Source: Callorhinchus milii (lineage: Eukaryota). From it: a DNA stretch of 64,000 bases. Of the stretch, positions 24,043 to 37,242 are shown piece by piece. Each line of letters begins with the position of its first letter. The stretch's first letter is position 1. A model generated the notes under the pieces. The model saw only the letters and a list, made by a program, of their open reading frames with translations. It was not told the origin of the DNA and did not search any database. A program made the position numbers and the translations under genes. Where the stretch lies: assembly GCF_018977255.1 (NCBI RefSeq), contig NW_024704743.1:103728001-103792000 (forward strand). Direction: 5' to 3'.

Positions 24043-24733
24043 AATTAGTCTTTACAGGATTTACTATAAAGTGCAGTGACTATTAGAAGGCAAATCCAGC
24101 AGCCAATTTGCACACAGCTATGTCCAACAAAAATGAAGTAAATTATTAATTTTATCTGGAAGATTGTTGCCCAGAATATTGGGCAAAACTCCCTTTTCTT
24201 TTTGAATAGTGCCATGGGATCGTTATTGTCCACCCGAACAGGGTCTCGGTTTAATGTCTCATCTGAAGGATGGCACCTCCAACAGTGAAACTCTCCCCCA
24301 GCACTGTATTGGAGTGTCAGCCTAGACAGTGCATTCAAATAATAATAATAATCCTTGCATTTGATATAGCGCTTTTCACGTCTTCTAGATGTCCCAAAGC
24401 GCTTCACAGAATATACTGTAAAGTGAATTGACTGCATATTTGTGGGCGAACGCGGCAGCCAATTGTGCACAGCAATGTCCCACAAACAGTCGCAGATTGA
24501 AAATGATCAATTTATTATTGTTTTTGGTTTTGGAGGGATTATTATTAGGCGTGTGGAGTAAGGAAACTTGCCCAAGGTTTCGCCCTGCCTGGAATTGAAC
24601 TCAGGTCTCTCACTTGCAAAGCGAGTGCTCTAACCACTGAGTTGCAGGACTCCACAAAGTCCTGACATGGGGCTTGAACCCACAACCTTTCGACACAGAG
24701 GTTAAGAGTGCTATCGACTGAGCCAGGATGACT
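24043..24733 (-). mobile_element. Older DeuSINE interrupted by a young SINE
   Basis: Head at 24656-24733 and body at 24043-24337 are colinear once 24338-24655 is removed. Confidence 0.85.
24338..24655 (-). mobile_element. Young tRNA-Ala-headed SINE, short variant, full length
   Basis: Near-identical reverse complement of 27923-28245 and 35565-35888. Confidence 0.93.
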
Positions 24734-25538
24734 CTCTAAATCTCAATGGAACACTTTAAATAGGGATGAAGTAAGAAGACAGGGTTTACTGAAGATTGAA
24801 ATATTCTCTTTTATTGCACTGCGACTTCCCCATTCATAAATGAGGATTCCATTTCTCAGATAACATTTGCTCTGATCCTCAACCTCATTGTTGAAACCAC
24901 AGCAGTTACATAGTTTAAGTAGCATCTGCCTCAGTTTGCTCAGGAGCCTGTCTGTGTGTAAAACTGATCAATATTGAGCTGTCAACACATCCCAGCACAC
25001 CCTAACATTACAAATTCCATTAATGGAAATTCTGCATTTCAAGAAAATATTCACCTAAAAGCTTAAACAAATTGACACTGACCAGACAAATTAATATATT
25101 TGCAGTTTTCTAGTTTTGAATTGCTTTACACAATTGAATGTACAGCATTTGCTTTAGGAAAGTTCAAACCATCTTTAGGATTTTCACTGAATACTGGACT
25201 TAATCAAAACTGATGTTAATTGTATATAGTTTCTCAAGCAACAGGATTTTTAGCAATTGTCTCAGTTTTCTCTTTCCCTCGTCACTGGAAAATGAAGGTC
25301 TAATTTGCAGTCAAATTACTGTGTCTGCAGACTATGCTTGAGTAAGCTAAGGAAAGAATAAGACAGCCTCAATCCAACTCGCACTGGCTAGATATGAAGA
25401 AAGGTATATTTTTAAAAATTATATATTTTTTATACAACCTTGATTGGTATCAAAGCACTGACATGAGTAAAGCCAATAATTTCAACCAGGAGGGAAAAAA
25501 AATGAAGAAAGAGTATTTACAAAGATATTTACAATTAT

Positions 25539-26728
25539 GTGGAGTCCTATAGCTTAGTGGTTAGAGCACTCGACTTGCAAGCGAGAGGACCTGGGTTTGT
25601 TTCCTGGCAGGGCGAAACGTTAGGCAAGTTTCCTTACTCCATGCACCTCTGTTTAGCTAGCAGTAAATAGGAACCAAGTTGTTAATTGATTGGCGGATCG
25701 CTTTTCCGGGGATAATAATCCCTTAAAAAAATCATTTGGTCACTTCAAATTTGGTCACCTCGGCGTTTTGTTCGACCCTGAGCTGTCCTTTCTCCCTCAC
25801 ATCCGCACCACAACTGGCACCGCCTTCCATCACCTCCGGAACATCGCCAGACTACGGCATTACCTCACCCCTCACGCTGCTGAAACTCTGGTTCACGCCT
25901 TTGTCACCTCAAGGCTGGACTATGGGAACTCTCTCCTCGCCGGCCTTCCCGCCACCTCCCTCCAGAAGCTGCAGGTCATTCAGAACTCTGCAGCTCGTGT
26001 ACTGTCCCGCACCAGGCTTCGCGATCACATCACTCCCACCCTCGCTCACCTCCACTGGCTCCCCATCTCCCAGAGGATTGATTTCAAGATCCTCATCCTC
26101 ACCTACAAGGCCATTCACGGCCTTGCTCCCTCCTACCTCTCCAACCTACTATCCCCCTACCTACCTGCCCGTACCCTCCGTTCCTCTGGCTCCGGTCTGC
26201 TCCACGTCCCCCGCCCCAACCGCCCTACCATCGGTGGTCGGGCCTTCAGCCTCTCAGCCCCCAGGCTCTGGAACTCCATCCCCCAGTGCCTTCGCCTTGC
26301 TTCCTCCCTTTCCTCCTTCAAGGCCGGTCTCAAAACCTTTCTCTTTGACCGAGCCTTCAGCTCCCCTCTCGACTCTCTTCCCCCTCCTCGCTCCCTCCCT
26401 TCCCTCCCCTCACCCTGACCATTTCCCCCCTCCTCGCTCCCTCCCTTCCCTCCCCTCACCCTGACCATTTCCCCCCTGCTCGGGTCATGACCCAACTGTG
26501 CAGCGCCTTGGGACGTCCTCCTGACGTGAAAGGCGCTTTATAAATGGAATCTTGTTGTTGTTGTTGTTCAATCCACGACTGCTTATGGGATACTGCTGTG
26601 CGCAATTGGCTGCCGTGTTTCTCCCACAAAATATAGTCAATTCACTTTACAGCATATTCTGTGAAGTGCTTTGAGATGTCTCAAAGACAAGATACTATAC
26701 CAAATACAGGGATTATTATATTATTATA
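25539..26728 (+). mobile_element. tRNA-headed SINE (long variant) split by an L2 insertion
   Basis: Head and middle at 25539-25748; the element resumes with TTCAATCCACGACTG at 26567 and runs to the tail. Confidence 0.9.
25759..26566 (+). mobile_element. Young 5'-truncated L2 LINE (ORF2 C-terminal region, still open, plus 3' UTR)
   Basis: LGVLFDPELSFLPHI...LVHAFVTSRLDYGNSLLAG...HITPTLAHLHWLP...GGRAFSLSAPRLWNSIP are hallmark L2 ORF2 motifs; (TTG)n tail; TTCAA flanks both sides. Confidence 0.95.
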
Positions 26729-26979
26729 GATATTTCCCCAAACATCCCTAAAACACAAGAACACCAAGACATCTCTCTGCAGAGCTGAGAAGTCACATTG
26801 TAAAGGAAAGGGAAGATGGAACTTGGAAGGATTTAGTACATTAAATACTGAAATAGCTGTAAATGTAATTCAAGGCAACAGGAACAAGCTACCGAGTGAT
26901 AAGGAATGAAAAGCAGAGCTTGGCCAAATTACAATTTTTTTTGCAAGAATTTTGAGAGCCAGAAGGTAGTTTGCTGTGA

Positions 26980-27360
26980 GACTGGCTCAGTTGGTGGCAC
27001 TCTCGCCTCTTGAGTCAGAAGGCTGTCGGTTCAAGCCGCACATCACAGCTTTGAGCTCCACTAGTTCAGCCTGATACTGAGGCACACTGCTGGCAGACCT
27101 CTGCATTGTTGCAAGTACCATTTTTCAGATGAGATGTTAAACTGAGGTTCCTTCTGCAGTTCAGTAGGACAATAATGATCCAACAACACTATTCAGAAAG
27201 AGAAGGAAATTTCTCCCAGTGTCCTGACCAACGCTCCTCCAGATAGAACTGGCCATTCGCTTCACGCCTACAGTCAGCATAGTTTACAGTAAATCCTGCG
27301 GAGTACTTTGAGATGTCCTCCAGACATGAAAGCTGCTATGGCAAATGCAAGGATCATTAT
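26980..27360 (+). mobile_element. Older DeuSINE
   Basis: Head CTGGCTCAGTTGGTGGCACTCTCGCCTC, central region and tail. Confidence 0.8.
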
Positions 27361-27922
27361 GAGTTCCTCTCATCTAATATACACAGCTAAACTAAACAGA
27401 ATATTTTAGCAGGAAAGCTAACATAAGCATCTTTGTTATTTTTCAGAATACAATTACATCAAGATCTTTGGATTTAGATAATTTCAAGATCAGCACAGCC
27501 AGCAGCATAACAACTACCACCACCACACACTAAAAAACTGCCTTGGGACGCCCTTCTGACGTGAAAGGCTCTGTATAAATGTTGTTGTTGCTGCTGTTGT
27601 TTACTTCTCCCCAGTACTTTCAACCAAAAAACCAGTACAAGAAAATGAACAATTATAAAATGCAAGGACTATTTAACAATGAACCAAAAAGTTATTGTAC
27701 AACGACCGGATCACTTTCTGAAAGTCACAGAATTAAGATTTGCTACAGAGAATTCATGCGTCTTCGAGCTAAGGGAATCAGAAAAATGTTATCACTTGAT
27801 CTTACATATGCAGAATGTGGGAAATTTCTGAGGCAGATTTATTCTGCATTTCAAACCCATGACAATCATGCAAGACCCAAGATAGTGAAATAAATAACAG
27901 ATTGAGGAACAGCACAATATTC

Positions 27923-28245
27923 GTGGAGTCCTGTAGCTCAGTGGTTAGAGCACTTGCTTTGCAAGCAAGAGACCGGAGTTCAATTCCAGGTAGGGCGAAA
28001 CCTTGGGCAAGTTTCCTTACTCCACACACCTAATAATAATCCCTCCAAAACCAAAAACAATAATAAATTGGTCATTTTCAATCTACGACTGTTTGTGGGA
28101 CATTGCTGTGCGCAATTGGCTGCCGCGTTCGCCCACAAATATACAGTCAATTCACTTTACAGTGTGTTCTGTGAAGCGTTTTGGGACGTCCTCCTGACGT
28201 GAAAAGCACTATATTAAATGCAAGGATTATAAGGATTATTATTAA
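27923..28245 (+). mobile_element. Young tRNA-Ala-headed SINE, short variant, full length
   Basis: A box TAGCTCAGTGG, TGC anticodon arm, B box GAGTTCAATTCC, Deu-like core, L2-like tail. Confidence 0.93.
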
Positions 28246-29682
28246 TAATATTTTTAAAAAATGAATTTTCTTAAAAAAGGTTTTCTGTGGTTGTCAAATA
28301 TGTTGTGACTTGCACAATGGGTCGTTCAATCTATGAAGGGCAATTATAAAACTGTTCTAATGTAAGTCTCAGTATTCCACGCTTTAAGAAATCTACTGTA
28401 AAGTGACTGAAATGCAAAATATATTGCTATGCAAGAGGCATTATCAGCACAGTGGGGTATATTCAGAACCACATTAGCTGTCACAGGCTCAAGCTTCTGT
28501 ATACAATCTACCTGTTACTGTTCAATTTAAAGCATTTGGACTGAAACCCAATGTTAAGAATTAGCAGCAGTTCATGTAATCAATGAGATTGGAATCTGTT
28601 TTGTGAGGTCCATTAAGAAGATTGAACAATCACTGCTATGAGACTGTTAGGCTTCAGAGAGGAAAGTGGTGTCAGGAGACCTGCACATCCATATAATGTG
28701 GTCAGCTGCTACTCTGCTCTCAGCAAGAGCAACCGAGGATGCTCATACCATTCACTTGGTGTGGGGGAATGCGGAGGAAAGCTGGGACACTTTGTAGCTA
28801 AACTGGCCTCAAGATAATGAACTTGGCAATGGAATATTGCCCATGGGATTCTTCCTACTCAGCTCCTCTTAACCCTACAAGCCAAAGCCCTAATGGATAA
28901 GGTGGTCTTAGTTGGACAGGTATCAGGAAACTCATGGACAGTGCTCTCAACAGGAACCTACAAGGTTTTAACTAGTTTAACTCTGGCAGTACCCTAATGC
29001 ATACTCTGGGATCCCCAGGCTTTGGCTATCACCAAACTGTGCCCAATATACTCCAGAATCAGCAATGTACATCCCTCCAGGAAAAGAAAATGAAGAAAAT
29101 GTGCATTGTATTACAAACACTAAGATATTTCCATGTGAAGGTGGCCTGTGTATGTGAAACTCAGTATGGTTTGGATATGCTTCGACATGGTGATGGATTT
29201 CCACATGTGACCCAGTTGACCCAAAAAAGGCAATTAGTATTTAAAACAAAGCTATTGTCACAAGTTTTAAATTGAGACTTTCAATAATGCTTCTCCTCCA
29301 AGGGTATGAATACAGACTTAGGCTAATTTACCAAGCTGCCCACCCATCCAGTGATAAAAGCCATCCAAGAGATAAGACTGGTTTGAAACTAACAATGGAG
29401 AAGTTCAAACAAGAAAGTGTCATTTCTGCAAATGTAATTAGGGAAACTAAAGCCAGTGATTTTCAATAAATGGATCAGATCATTGTGCAACACCATGCAA
29501 CAGGGAACTAGAAATGTGAGATAAGGGAAGGATTTCAAAGTACATAAAAAAACTTCACAGGTCAATAGTTCACGATTCAGGAAACAGCGCTTTTCATGTC
29601 TTCTAGACAATGTCTCGTTCCAAAAGTTTGATCTCCAAAGAACTAACATATAATGCTCTGAGACTGCCTAAAATGACAAATT

Positions 29683-30283
29683 ACAACAACAACAACTTGG
29701 ATTTATATAGCGCCCTCCACGCCGGACGGCGTTTCAGAGCGCTTTACAGTAACAGATCCCAGGACGGAGCCAGGGGGAGGGGGAGGAAGGTGACCAAAAG
29801 CGTGATCGAAAAGAAAGGTCTTCAGCAGAGACCTGAAAATAGGAAGAGAGGGAGCGAAGCGAAAGGAGTGAGGATGGCAGTTCCCGAGCTTCGGGGCATA
29901 GTGGCTGAAGGCACAGCCGCCAAGGTTGGAGTGGAGGACTCGGAGGAACGAAGGCAACAGGTACTGTTTTGAGGAGAGGAGGTCAGAGAGGTAGGGGGGT
30001 GCAGAGGAGTGCAGGGACTTGAATACAAGAGTGAGGATCTTGAAATCGATCCACTCTGGGATAGGCAGCCAGTGCAGTCTGGCAAGGACTGGGGTGATCG
30101 GGAAGCGGAGTTTTGTGCATGTGAGAATGGGGGCGGCAGAGTTTTGAATGATTTGGATTTTATGGATGGTAGTGGATGGGAGACCAACGAGGAGGGCGTA
30201 GTAGTCCAGCCAAGAGGTGACAAAAGCATGGACCAGGGTTTCAGCGGCTTTTGGGGAAAGGTATTGGCAGAGACGGGCAATGT
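29683..30283 (-). mobile_element. L2 LINE 3' fragment (different subfamily, frameshifted)
   Basis: Minus frames give VHAFVTSWLDY-like, LHWLPIP and GGCAFSHYAPKL...LKTFLFD motifs; (TTG)n tail. Confidence 0.9.
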
Positions 30284-31849
30284 GTCAGAGCCTAATTACA
30301 TTTCACAGGATTTAATTCACATTTGGTTGGAAGATATTCATGTTTCTTTCAAGATCACTTACCCACAGTGAATAGTGTTTGTGGGACATTGTTGAGCATG
30401 AATATCTGCTACATTTTCCACAATACAGTCACCACATTTCACAGTAAAATCTTGTGACGCACTTTGAGATGTCTCGATGGCCTGAGAAGGCGCTATATCA
30501 AATGCAAGGATGACTATTACTTACACTCTTAATGTAATATTTAAATTCACAACTGAATTATAATATACATTTCTTGATATGTCCTTTCCTCTATTGAGGA
30601 AAGGTTATCCCTTTGTTTTACTCGGGTATCCCTTTGTTCAAATCCTGCAGAGTATAATCTGAGATTACTAAAATGGCATCGCAACCCAATCATTCACTGC
30701 AAAACTAATTCTGTTTTCAGGCAACAGCGCCGCACTCCCTGAAAATGGCAGAAGTGCTGTAAGACATCCCATAATTACAAGCGCACTCGAGTTGCTCTGT
30801 ACATGTTTACACATGATGTATCTTGCATATGCTTTTATACAATTCACATAATAGATTCCACTGTACTTTCAGCTATTGTTATGGTCTTAACTCTCATGTG
30901 GTTTGGCAACGACAGAAAAAATAAACAAATCCATGGTTGCCACATCATCAGCCAATACGCCAGCAGGCACGGTTCCCAGGTCCTGCAGACAGTCTGTCCA
31001 GTGACAGTTGCCTCAGACACCATGCTCTTCACTCACTTTACATGCAAAAACCTATCACCATGCTTCAAAGTATCCAAACCAGACAGAGTTCCACACGTGC
31101 ATGTCACCTACACATGGAAATGTCCCTGTATCTGGAGGAACACACCCTGCTTACCTTACATCACCTTAGTCAGTTTCAAGGATATTCCACTAACCTCCTC
31201 TCCCACCCCTTCCCTCCCCTCACCCCAAGGATAGTCAGGAGTTGATCATTAGACAACTAACCAGCAAATTATTATTATTAGTAGTAGTATTTGCGAGAGA
31301 TCGTCTAATGAGACGGTTCTTTGAAAAGTTTTTATTCAAAACCAGGAACTTATTGTTTAGTTTGAGGCAACACTGCACCAGCCTCATCATACTCCACAAT
31401 AAAATAAAAGTAAAAAGTTAAATGAATGTTGAAGTTACTTAGTTATAAGCCCACACGAGAATTAGAACAGGAAACTCTAAAAAGACCAGTACAGTAGAAT
31501 TTTTATTGTCGCTCCCAAGATGGACCATAATTATTAGGTCTGCCTCAGTCACGGAAACAAAATACACATTAATCTGCCCTCCACTGTGTAATCTGTTTGT
31601 GGCACCAATGGGTCTTATTCTCCACTGACAGAATGAACAAAACAGCTACTGTAGTCATAACCATAGGAGATTAGCAAATCACCCTGCTTGCATTCAGTCA
31701 CACTACAGCAGTCATTTGCCTTCTGATTTCTCACCTGATGAAAAAAAGTCTAGTCTATGCAATTCTACATGGACACGCAGCACATGTGCAACCACAAAAA
31801 TCTACAACTACCAATTCCTGCAATTCTCATCTTTTATGTCAGGAGGAAG

Positions 31850-32168
31850 ACTCAAATGTAAAACATAGTAACTGCATTTTATTGGCAAATACAGCAGACA
31901 ATTTTGCAAGGCAAAGCTCCACAAACAGTGATGAATGGAAAGACACAACTCCCTTCTCTTTTTGAATTGTGCCAAGGAGTTTTAATGTCCACCTAAACAA
32001 GCAGATGGGACTTCATCATTATCATCTCATCAGAAGGATTGCACTTTCAAACATCCAGCACTCCCCCAGTAGTGTGTTGAAGTATGAATTGAAGGTCCCA
32101 ACATAGGTCTTGAAACCACAACCTTCTAACTCAGACCTGAGAGTGCTATAACTGATCCAAGCTGACAT
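31850..32168 (-). mobile_element. Older DeuSINE, degenerate
   Basis: Antisense head at about 32100-32168 and central region. Confidence 0.7.
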
Positions 32169-33369
32169 CACTAAATTTAAATAAGTATATTCTTTGCTGC
32201 AATTTAGCTGCTGAAATCTGTCTATGACTCAGAAGAATAAATAATTATAATAATTGTAAAAATAATCCTTGCATTTGATGTAGCAAGAATTATTCCATCA
32301 TTAAATTATGTTGTTAAAATATCATAAAGGGCTTCACAAGTAATTCTTGTTAAGTGTTGTTACTAGGTATTTGTGGACAAATGTAGCAGCCAATTTTGCA
32401 CACTGCAAAAGACTACAAACAGACATTAAGTGAATGACCAAATTATCTGGAGGACTGTTGGCCAGGGACCGGGAGAAACTCCTTTCTATTTTCAAATCGC
32501 TTGCAGCATTATAATTTTGTAATACATCTACGGATTATATTGTGCAATCAGTTTTGTTGGTTTAAAAAATCATCTTACTAAATGTGTTTTCATTTTCTTC
32601 GAGTAGGAGGAGGAATTGTCAGAATTGATATTTGCCTGGTCAGCTCACCACAGGATGTGTGCTGGCACTCTTGGGCTCAAGGGTGAGTAATCAGCTCCAG
32701 AATATATGCAGAGAGTGGAAGCCAAACTCCCCGAGGGGAAAGGATGGGGAATTTTGAGAATTGAGAGTTTGAGAAAAGTAACCATTTTTCAGTTTAGCAG
32801 ATGGAACGAAAACAGTCACTGCTTTGCCAATGTACTCAGGGACCTTTGAAAGCCAAGTCCACTTACAAAATATATCTTCACTTAGGAATTTGATTGCGAT
32901 CAACAAAAATGTCAAAAAACAGATAATGAAATCAAATGAAACAAATGGTTGCAGCTCAACATATGCATGAGTGCACCTGACTGCCAAATACTCTCTTGTG
33001 AAGTGCAGATCCGACTTTATACAATCTACTCTTAGCCAGGCTATCACTACTCCATTACAGACAGCCCTATGGTGCAGTCAGTTAATGTGTGCTTGTTGTA
33101 TTTCTGAACATTCTGAGGCAGCATTTTTAAATTGGTAAAAAAGGTTGTTTCTAAAATTAGTTTCATGAATGGATATTGATGGGAAATATTTTCGTTAAAA
33201 CAAAAATCAGATAATGATCTACAATTTTTGTTTTATTGAAACAAAAAAACAAGGCCACTACAAATGGCAATAACCTCAATCTTTCATCTGAAAAGTATTC
33301 CATTCATCTAATTATTTGAAAAGATAGTGAACTAGGCAGCATATTGTAAACAATACAACAGCGGGAAAA

Positions 33370-33772
33370 TAATAATTGCATTTAATTCAGTGGCTTATCA
33401 CATGGTTGAAACTTCTCAACACACATCACAATGAAGTGTAATTGTATTTTGCACGTGAACACAGCACAGGCAATTTGCACACAGAGGTATACTACAAACA
33501 GCCATGAAGCAAATGACCAATTTTATCTGGGGAATTGTTGGCCAGGACACTGGGAGAAACTGTTTTCTTTTGGAACAGTGTCATGGGATCTTTAGTGTCC
33601 AACTGAACAGGCAGACAGGACCTCGATTTAATATTTCATCCAAGGACAGTTCCTCCAACAATCCAACACTGAATTGGAATGTCAGCCTGAGACTGTGAGC
33701 TCAAAGTGCCATCTTGGGGTTTGAGCTCAAAGATTTCTGACTCAAAGATGAAAGGACTGAGCCAGATTGACA
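33370..33772 (-). mobile_element. Older DeuSINE
   Basis: Antisense core, central region and head. Confidence 0.75.
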
Positions 33773-35564
33773 TTTGGCACCAATGTAACGACACAATGGA
33801 GTGAAACACTGCAACAGTGCACAGGAGCAAAGGATATGGCAGAGTAGTATGACAGCAACTTGTGTGCACCACTCAGTAGGTGTTCAATCGCAGCTAAACT
33901 ATTGTGGGGATATGTTCAGTTGGGGACAATTCAGAAATTCCCTCACATGAATAGAGGGGAAAAGGAAATAGTATAAGGGACGACCAATCAACAGATCATT
34001 CAACACAACGCAGTTGACCTTTGAGGTGTGACTCAGTCTGCTCACTGTGGAAGCTCGGCACAGAGTTATAAAGTTGCATCACACCATCTCAGCTGCCAGC
34101 ACCCACGCTGCTCACCAACACCCCAATAAGCAGATGGAGCAAAAGGTTGGGATTCAAGACTAAAAGCAATGATACCTCTTATCGTGCCTTTCACGTCAAG
34201 TGGACAACTCAAAGTACATCATGGAATTTACTGTAAATAATGCTCACTGAAGCACAGTGACTATTTTGTAGACAAAACAATAATGTAGTACACCAACGAC
34301 ACTTTTTAACTTCAGAAAACAGTCTTCCTTGAATATTTTTTCTTGAATACTGTAAATTGGCTTATTCTGGTGCACTCATATTTTAGCAGGACTAGGCATA
34401 TTAGAGTTATACATATTTTGCTTAAACTTTGCTTCATTTCTTCAGAAAGAAAACATGAAAATTCATGTTCAGTTAATTTAAGTGTGAGTGCACCCATTCC
34501 CTACAAAAGTAATGGCAATAAAGCAAACAATCTACATGTTTTGCTACCTTTTGTTTATTTGTGCTAGATTTGTACATACATTTTCCATTACCATTAAATA
34601 AATATACCTTATGTTACTAGATTGTTATTCACACATTGTTGCAAATTGTGACAACTCATGAATTTTGTATTTCAAAATTAATTATAAAGATGTGAAGAAT
34701 GTTAAAGGATGTCATGAAGAAATTGTAACACGGAGAGTCATATAAAATAGAACTTGGACGGAAAGAAAGACTTTCAGAAGTCATACTGCGGATAGCTATT
34801 GGCAAAAGTTCCGAAGGAAGAATTTCGCAGTGAAAAAACTTGATCTTGATTGAAAAGGTTTGGCATCCAAAAATTTTACACACTGTCTTACCTTCTCACG
34901 TGCTATGTACATTGCTGGCAATCTGTCATTTAACTTCTTTGGAGAAACAGTCTCTTTTTCCACTAGAAAAACATCTGGAGCATTTATGTGCTGGTACTAA
35001 AGAATAGAAATTACAGGTTCATCCAAAATTAATTGAATAGATGGATTTTTTTTACTGCATATCGTTAATTGAACATTGTATAATTAGGATTATATAATGC
35101 AAGAAGATTTCCCTGGTAATAGTCATTCAAAGTACTGTATAGCTTTTAGTCCCTGGATTTGGACTGATTAGCAGAATTCCCATTCGGGTAAATGAAGAAA
35201 ATTTCTACAGTATTTCACCAAAGTGCTCAATCTTTAATTCACAGGAGATTTCACATTATAAAAATAATCTTAAAAATTACTATGATCTTCTCCAACCTCA
35301 CTCTACTGTTAGCCCCACATTTCTGCTCACTCTTTTTGTTGGCAAATTGGGGCCTGCGGCTTGTCTCCTGCTACCTCTGCCCCACCATACATAGACTGAC
35401 CTTACAGAGACTGCTACCATTCTCTCGAACAAATTCTTTCCACCCCTATGTCTCACCCACTCTCAAACTGTCTTGAAAAACCACCAAAAACCTACGACTT
35501 CAACCATGCTTACAGCCATCTCCCTCCTCCTCCTGCTCCCTCCTTCTCCTCCTCCAACTGCCAC

Positions 35565-35888
35565 GTGGAGTCCTGTAGCTCAGTGGTTAGAGCAGTCGCT
35601 TTGCAAGTGAGAGACCTGAGTTCAATTCCAGGCAGAGGGCGAAACCTTGGGCAAGTTTCCTTACTCCACACAGAGCCTAATAATAATCCCTCCAAAACCA
35701 AAAACAATAATAAATTGGTCATTTTCAATCTACGACTGTTTGTGGGACATTGCTGTGCGCAATTGGCTGCCGCGTTCGGCCACAAATATACAGTCAATTC
35801 CCTTTACAGTGTGTGTTCTGTGAAGCGCTTTGGGACGTCCTCCCGACGTGAAAAGCGCTATATCAAATGCAAGGATTATTATTATTAT
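35565..35888 (+). mobile_element. Young tRNA-Ala-headed SINE, short variant, full length
   Basis: Near-identical to 27923-28245; inserted after an old L2 3' remnant (about 35370-35560). Confidence 0.93.
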
Positions 35889-36532
35889 TCCAAATTGAAA
35901 CAGAATTTTAACAATTTTCCACAGTTCTGTGCAAAACATTCAAGAGAAAATAGTCTCACACGCCAAGACCGGGTGGAATTTCGGCCTCGGTGCACAAATG
36001 ATGACTCAATCTATTTTACTTGGGAGATTGAGAGGGAAAGATCATCTACATCATATTTTCCTTCAGAAAGATGCCGCTGTTACCTTTCTGATTCACAGCT
36101 CAATGCAGTTGCAAGAAAAGATTACGAAGGAGAATGAGAGCGAGGAGACAGATTTCTACAATAACTTTTCACAATTGTTACATTTGTGCATGAATAAAAA
36201 CTTACACCTCAGACAAATTGAAAAATAAACAGTCTGCTACATGGCATCATACTTTAATAAGAATCTGTGTGAAAATGAGGTACTTATTAAAGAAGCTTAC
36301 TAAAGTACCATACCTAGGTCCTTTGTCAAAATGTTGCAATTTTGTTTTGGTTCATTTGACCCTTTTCCAAAGAGAAATCTAGATGAGCAGCTGTAAATCG
36401 AGAAGATAGCTAACTCTGTCGCCTCTCCAGAATCACTCTCCCTGTGCTATTAAGATTGAATCTCATTCCTAGATGTCAATATGTGATCAAGATTAATTTG
36501 TTTGGGTTAACATTGAAATAAAAGTCAATGTA

Positions 36533-36892
36533 CAAGGGAACCCATTTAAAACCTGTTTCATTACAACCAGGGTTTGCTCGCAATCCCCAATATTTACTCA
36601 TCCAAAAATACAAAATGTATGCAGAACATCAGCCACCTCCCTTCAAGATGCCGGCTGGCTTTTCACACCTAAGGTCACTGTCAACATCACTTCTATTGGC
36701 AGTGACTGCGATGACCCGAAAGTCGACCATCATTTAGCACAGGAGAAGATATTCAGCGTTTCAAAGCAACCCAGTGTTCTGTTCAAGTGCACAGTTGATG
36801 CAGAAGTGCTGACCAGCAATCATATTGCCTGATTTAACACTGGTTAGGATTTTATGAACCCCCAACTATTGCAGTATAACAGGGTTCCACTG
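36533..36892. mobile_element. Possible Tc1/mariner (Tigger/pogo-like) non-autonomous element
   Basis: TA|CAAGGGAACCC at the left end and GGGTTCCACTG|TA at the right end: imperfect terminal inverted repeats with TA flanks. Confidence 0.45.
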
Positions 36893-37242
36893 TATTTCTC
36901 TTCAATTAAAAAAGTTACCAAATTGTGACCGTCAATCACACAGTTGAACCTATTTGTGCAACCATTTGTAAGAAGTGCTAATAATGTGGACTTGATCCAA
37001 ATCTCACTTTTTAGAATCAGAACTTACAATACAGGAGGCCATTCAACCAATTGAACCTCTGCTGGTGTTCTAACACTAGAGCTATTCACCCTCATATCAA
37101 TTCCCTTCTCTTCATCCAGATTCGCTCTCTTCAGTCATAATGCCTTCTCATTTCGACTGCATGATGCAGTACAGTTCCTGCAATAGGAGCTGAGAATATG
37201 CAAGTTATGTGGAGCCTGTGCCTATAAGAGATGGAGAGTGTC

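Noticed and set aside
25690..26418. 242-aa ORF as an independent gene
   Set aside because: Chimera of SINE sequence and a 5'-truncated L2 ORF2; non-ATG start; lacks the endonuclease and the RT catalytic core.
27923..27996. tRNA-Ala(TGC)-like sequence (also 35565, 24580-24655, 18040-18113, 61688)
   Set aside because: It runs directly into a SINE body and tail and is multicopy: a SINE head, not a tRNA gene.
30803..31245. Overlapping 100-143-aa ORFs
   Set aside because: No recognisable domain or convincing splice context.
35448..36137. 229-aa ORF
   Set aside because: Reads through an L2 remnant and a SINE; the same peptide recurs wherever the SINE occurs; antisense to TRPS1.
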